From Candidatus Korarchaeum cryptofilum OPF8 (lineage in GTDB: Archaea; Korarchaeota; Korarchaeia; Korarchaeales; Korarchaeaceae), in the NCBI RefSeq assembly GCF_000019605.1, contig NC_010482.1, positions 150,001 to 182,000 on the forward strand: a stretch of DNA of 32,000 nt. The letters are read 5' to 3'. Each line of letters starts with the position of its first letter. The first letter of the stretch is position 1. The translations under genes were made by a program, and so were the position numbers. The notes under the pieces were generated by a model that saw only the letters and a list, made by a program, of their open reading frames with translations, did not search any database and was not told the DNA's origin. This document shows positions 31,832 through 32,000 of this stretch, piece after piece.

Positions 31832-32000
31832 ATGAGTGAATGGGCGAGGAGGGCTCATCACTACCTCAACTCGACCGGTAGGTTCAAGAACTTCAAGAAG
31901 ATGAGCGAGGGGCAGAGGTATGAAGTCATCAAGGAGGGCCTCCTCGAGTTCATCCGGGGAAACCCGATAGGTGAGGGTGAAGTTGAGGAAGCGCTCGAGT
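31832..32000 (+). CDS. hypothetical protein, 5' part only (runs off window)
   Basis: ATG 31832 opens a frame (MSEWARRAHHYLNSTGRFKNFKKMSEGQRYEVIKEGLLEFIRGNPIGEGEVEEALE...) that continues to the window end. No family recognised. Confidence 0.3.
   Translation, partial: MSEWARRAHHYLNSTGRFKNFKKMSEGQRYEVIKEGLLEFIRGNPIGEGEVEEALE

Noticed and set aside
1-32000. Search by eye for CRISPR arrays, tRNA/rRNA genes, IS-element terminal inverted repeats and long tandem repeats.
   Set aside because: I saw no regularly spaced direct repeats, no T-loop GTTCRAATC contexts in non-coding DNA, and no GC-rich structured intergenic segment. All spacers longer than 100 bp are AT-rich. A tRNAscan, Infernal or CRISPR-finder run would be the decisive check.

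Overview
The window looks like a dense archaeal chromosomal segment. Support for this: AT-rich TATA-like boxes about 25-30 nt upstream of many start codons, GGAGG/GGTGA-type ribosome-binding sites inside operons, heavy AGG/AGA/ATA codon use, many 4-bp stop/start overlaps, split PyrB/PyrI, an archaeal Elp3 and a XerA-like recombinase. It is compatible with a thermophilic TACK/Korarchaeota-type archaeon, but I cannot verify the organism without a search. About 33 protein genes are supported. I found no rRNA, tRNA or CRISPR array by eye.

Layout:
- 1-827: pyruvate kinase 3' part.
- 779-6736 (minus strand): overlapping chain purA-pyrF-pyrE-pyrB-pyrI-pyrK-pyrC.
- 6928-10138: divergent pair of a DsrMK/HdrED-like membrane Fe-S oxidoreductase and an FAD oxidoreductase.
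- 10221-11585: two uncharacterised proteins, one very rich in N-glycosylation sequons.
- 11596-15629: elp3, argH, argG.
- 15705-19768: a glutamate-synthase FMN-domain-like gene overlapped by an AspRS-like synthetase paralog that lacks an anticodon-binding domain, then a B12-binding radical SAM gene.
- 19845-27592: more accessory-looking stretch. It holds two tandem YbjN-like small proteins and a tyrosine recombinase, a flavin reductase, a mosaic thioredoxin/S-layer-like surface protein, two large winged-helix proteins diverging from a 333-bp AT-rich spacer, and an N-terminally extended 2-hydroxyacid dehydrogenase.
- 27901-31803: a membrane protein, then a metal-uptake locus. This is an ABC ATPase, a permease, a NikR-like regulator and a protein phosphatase, divergent from a substrate-binding protein, with an inverted repeat bracketing a shared TATA box.

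Most interesting candidates:
- the aaRS-paralog / GltS-domain gene pair;
- the YbjN-like pair coupled to the recombinase;
- pyrF, whose conserved N-terminus has no canonical start codon;
- the NikR-variant metal locus with its candidate operator.

All functional calls come from motif recognition by eye. No database search or computation was run.
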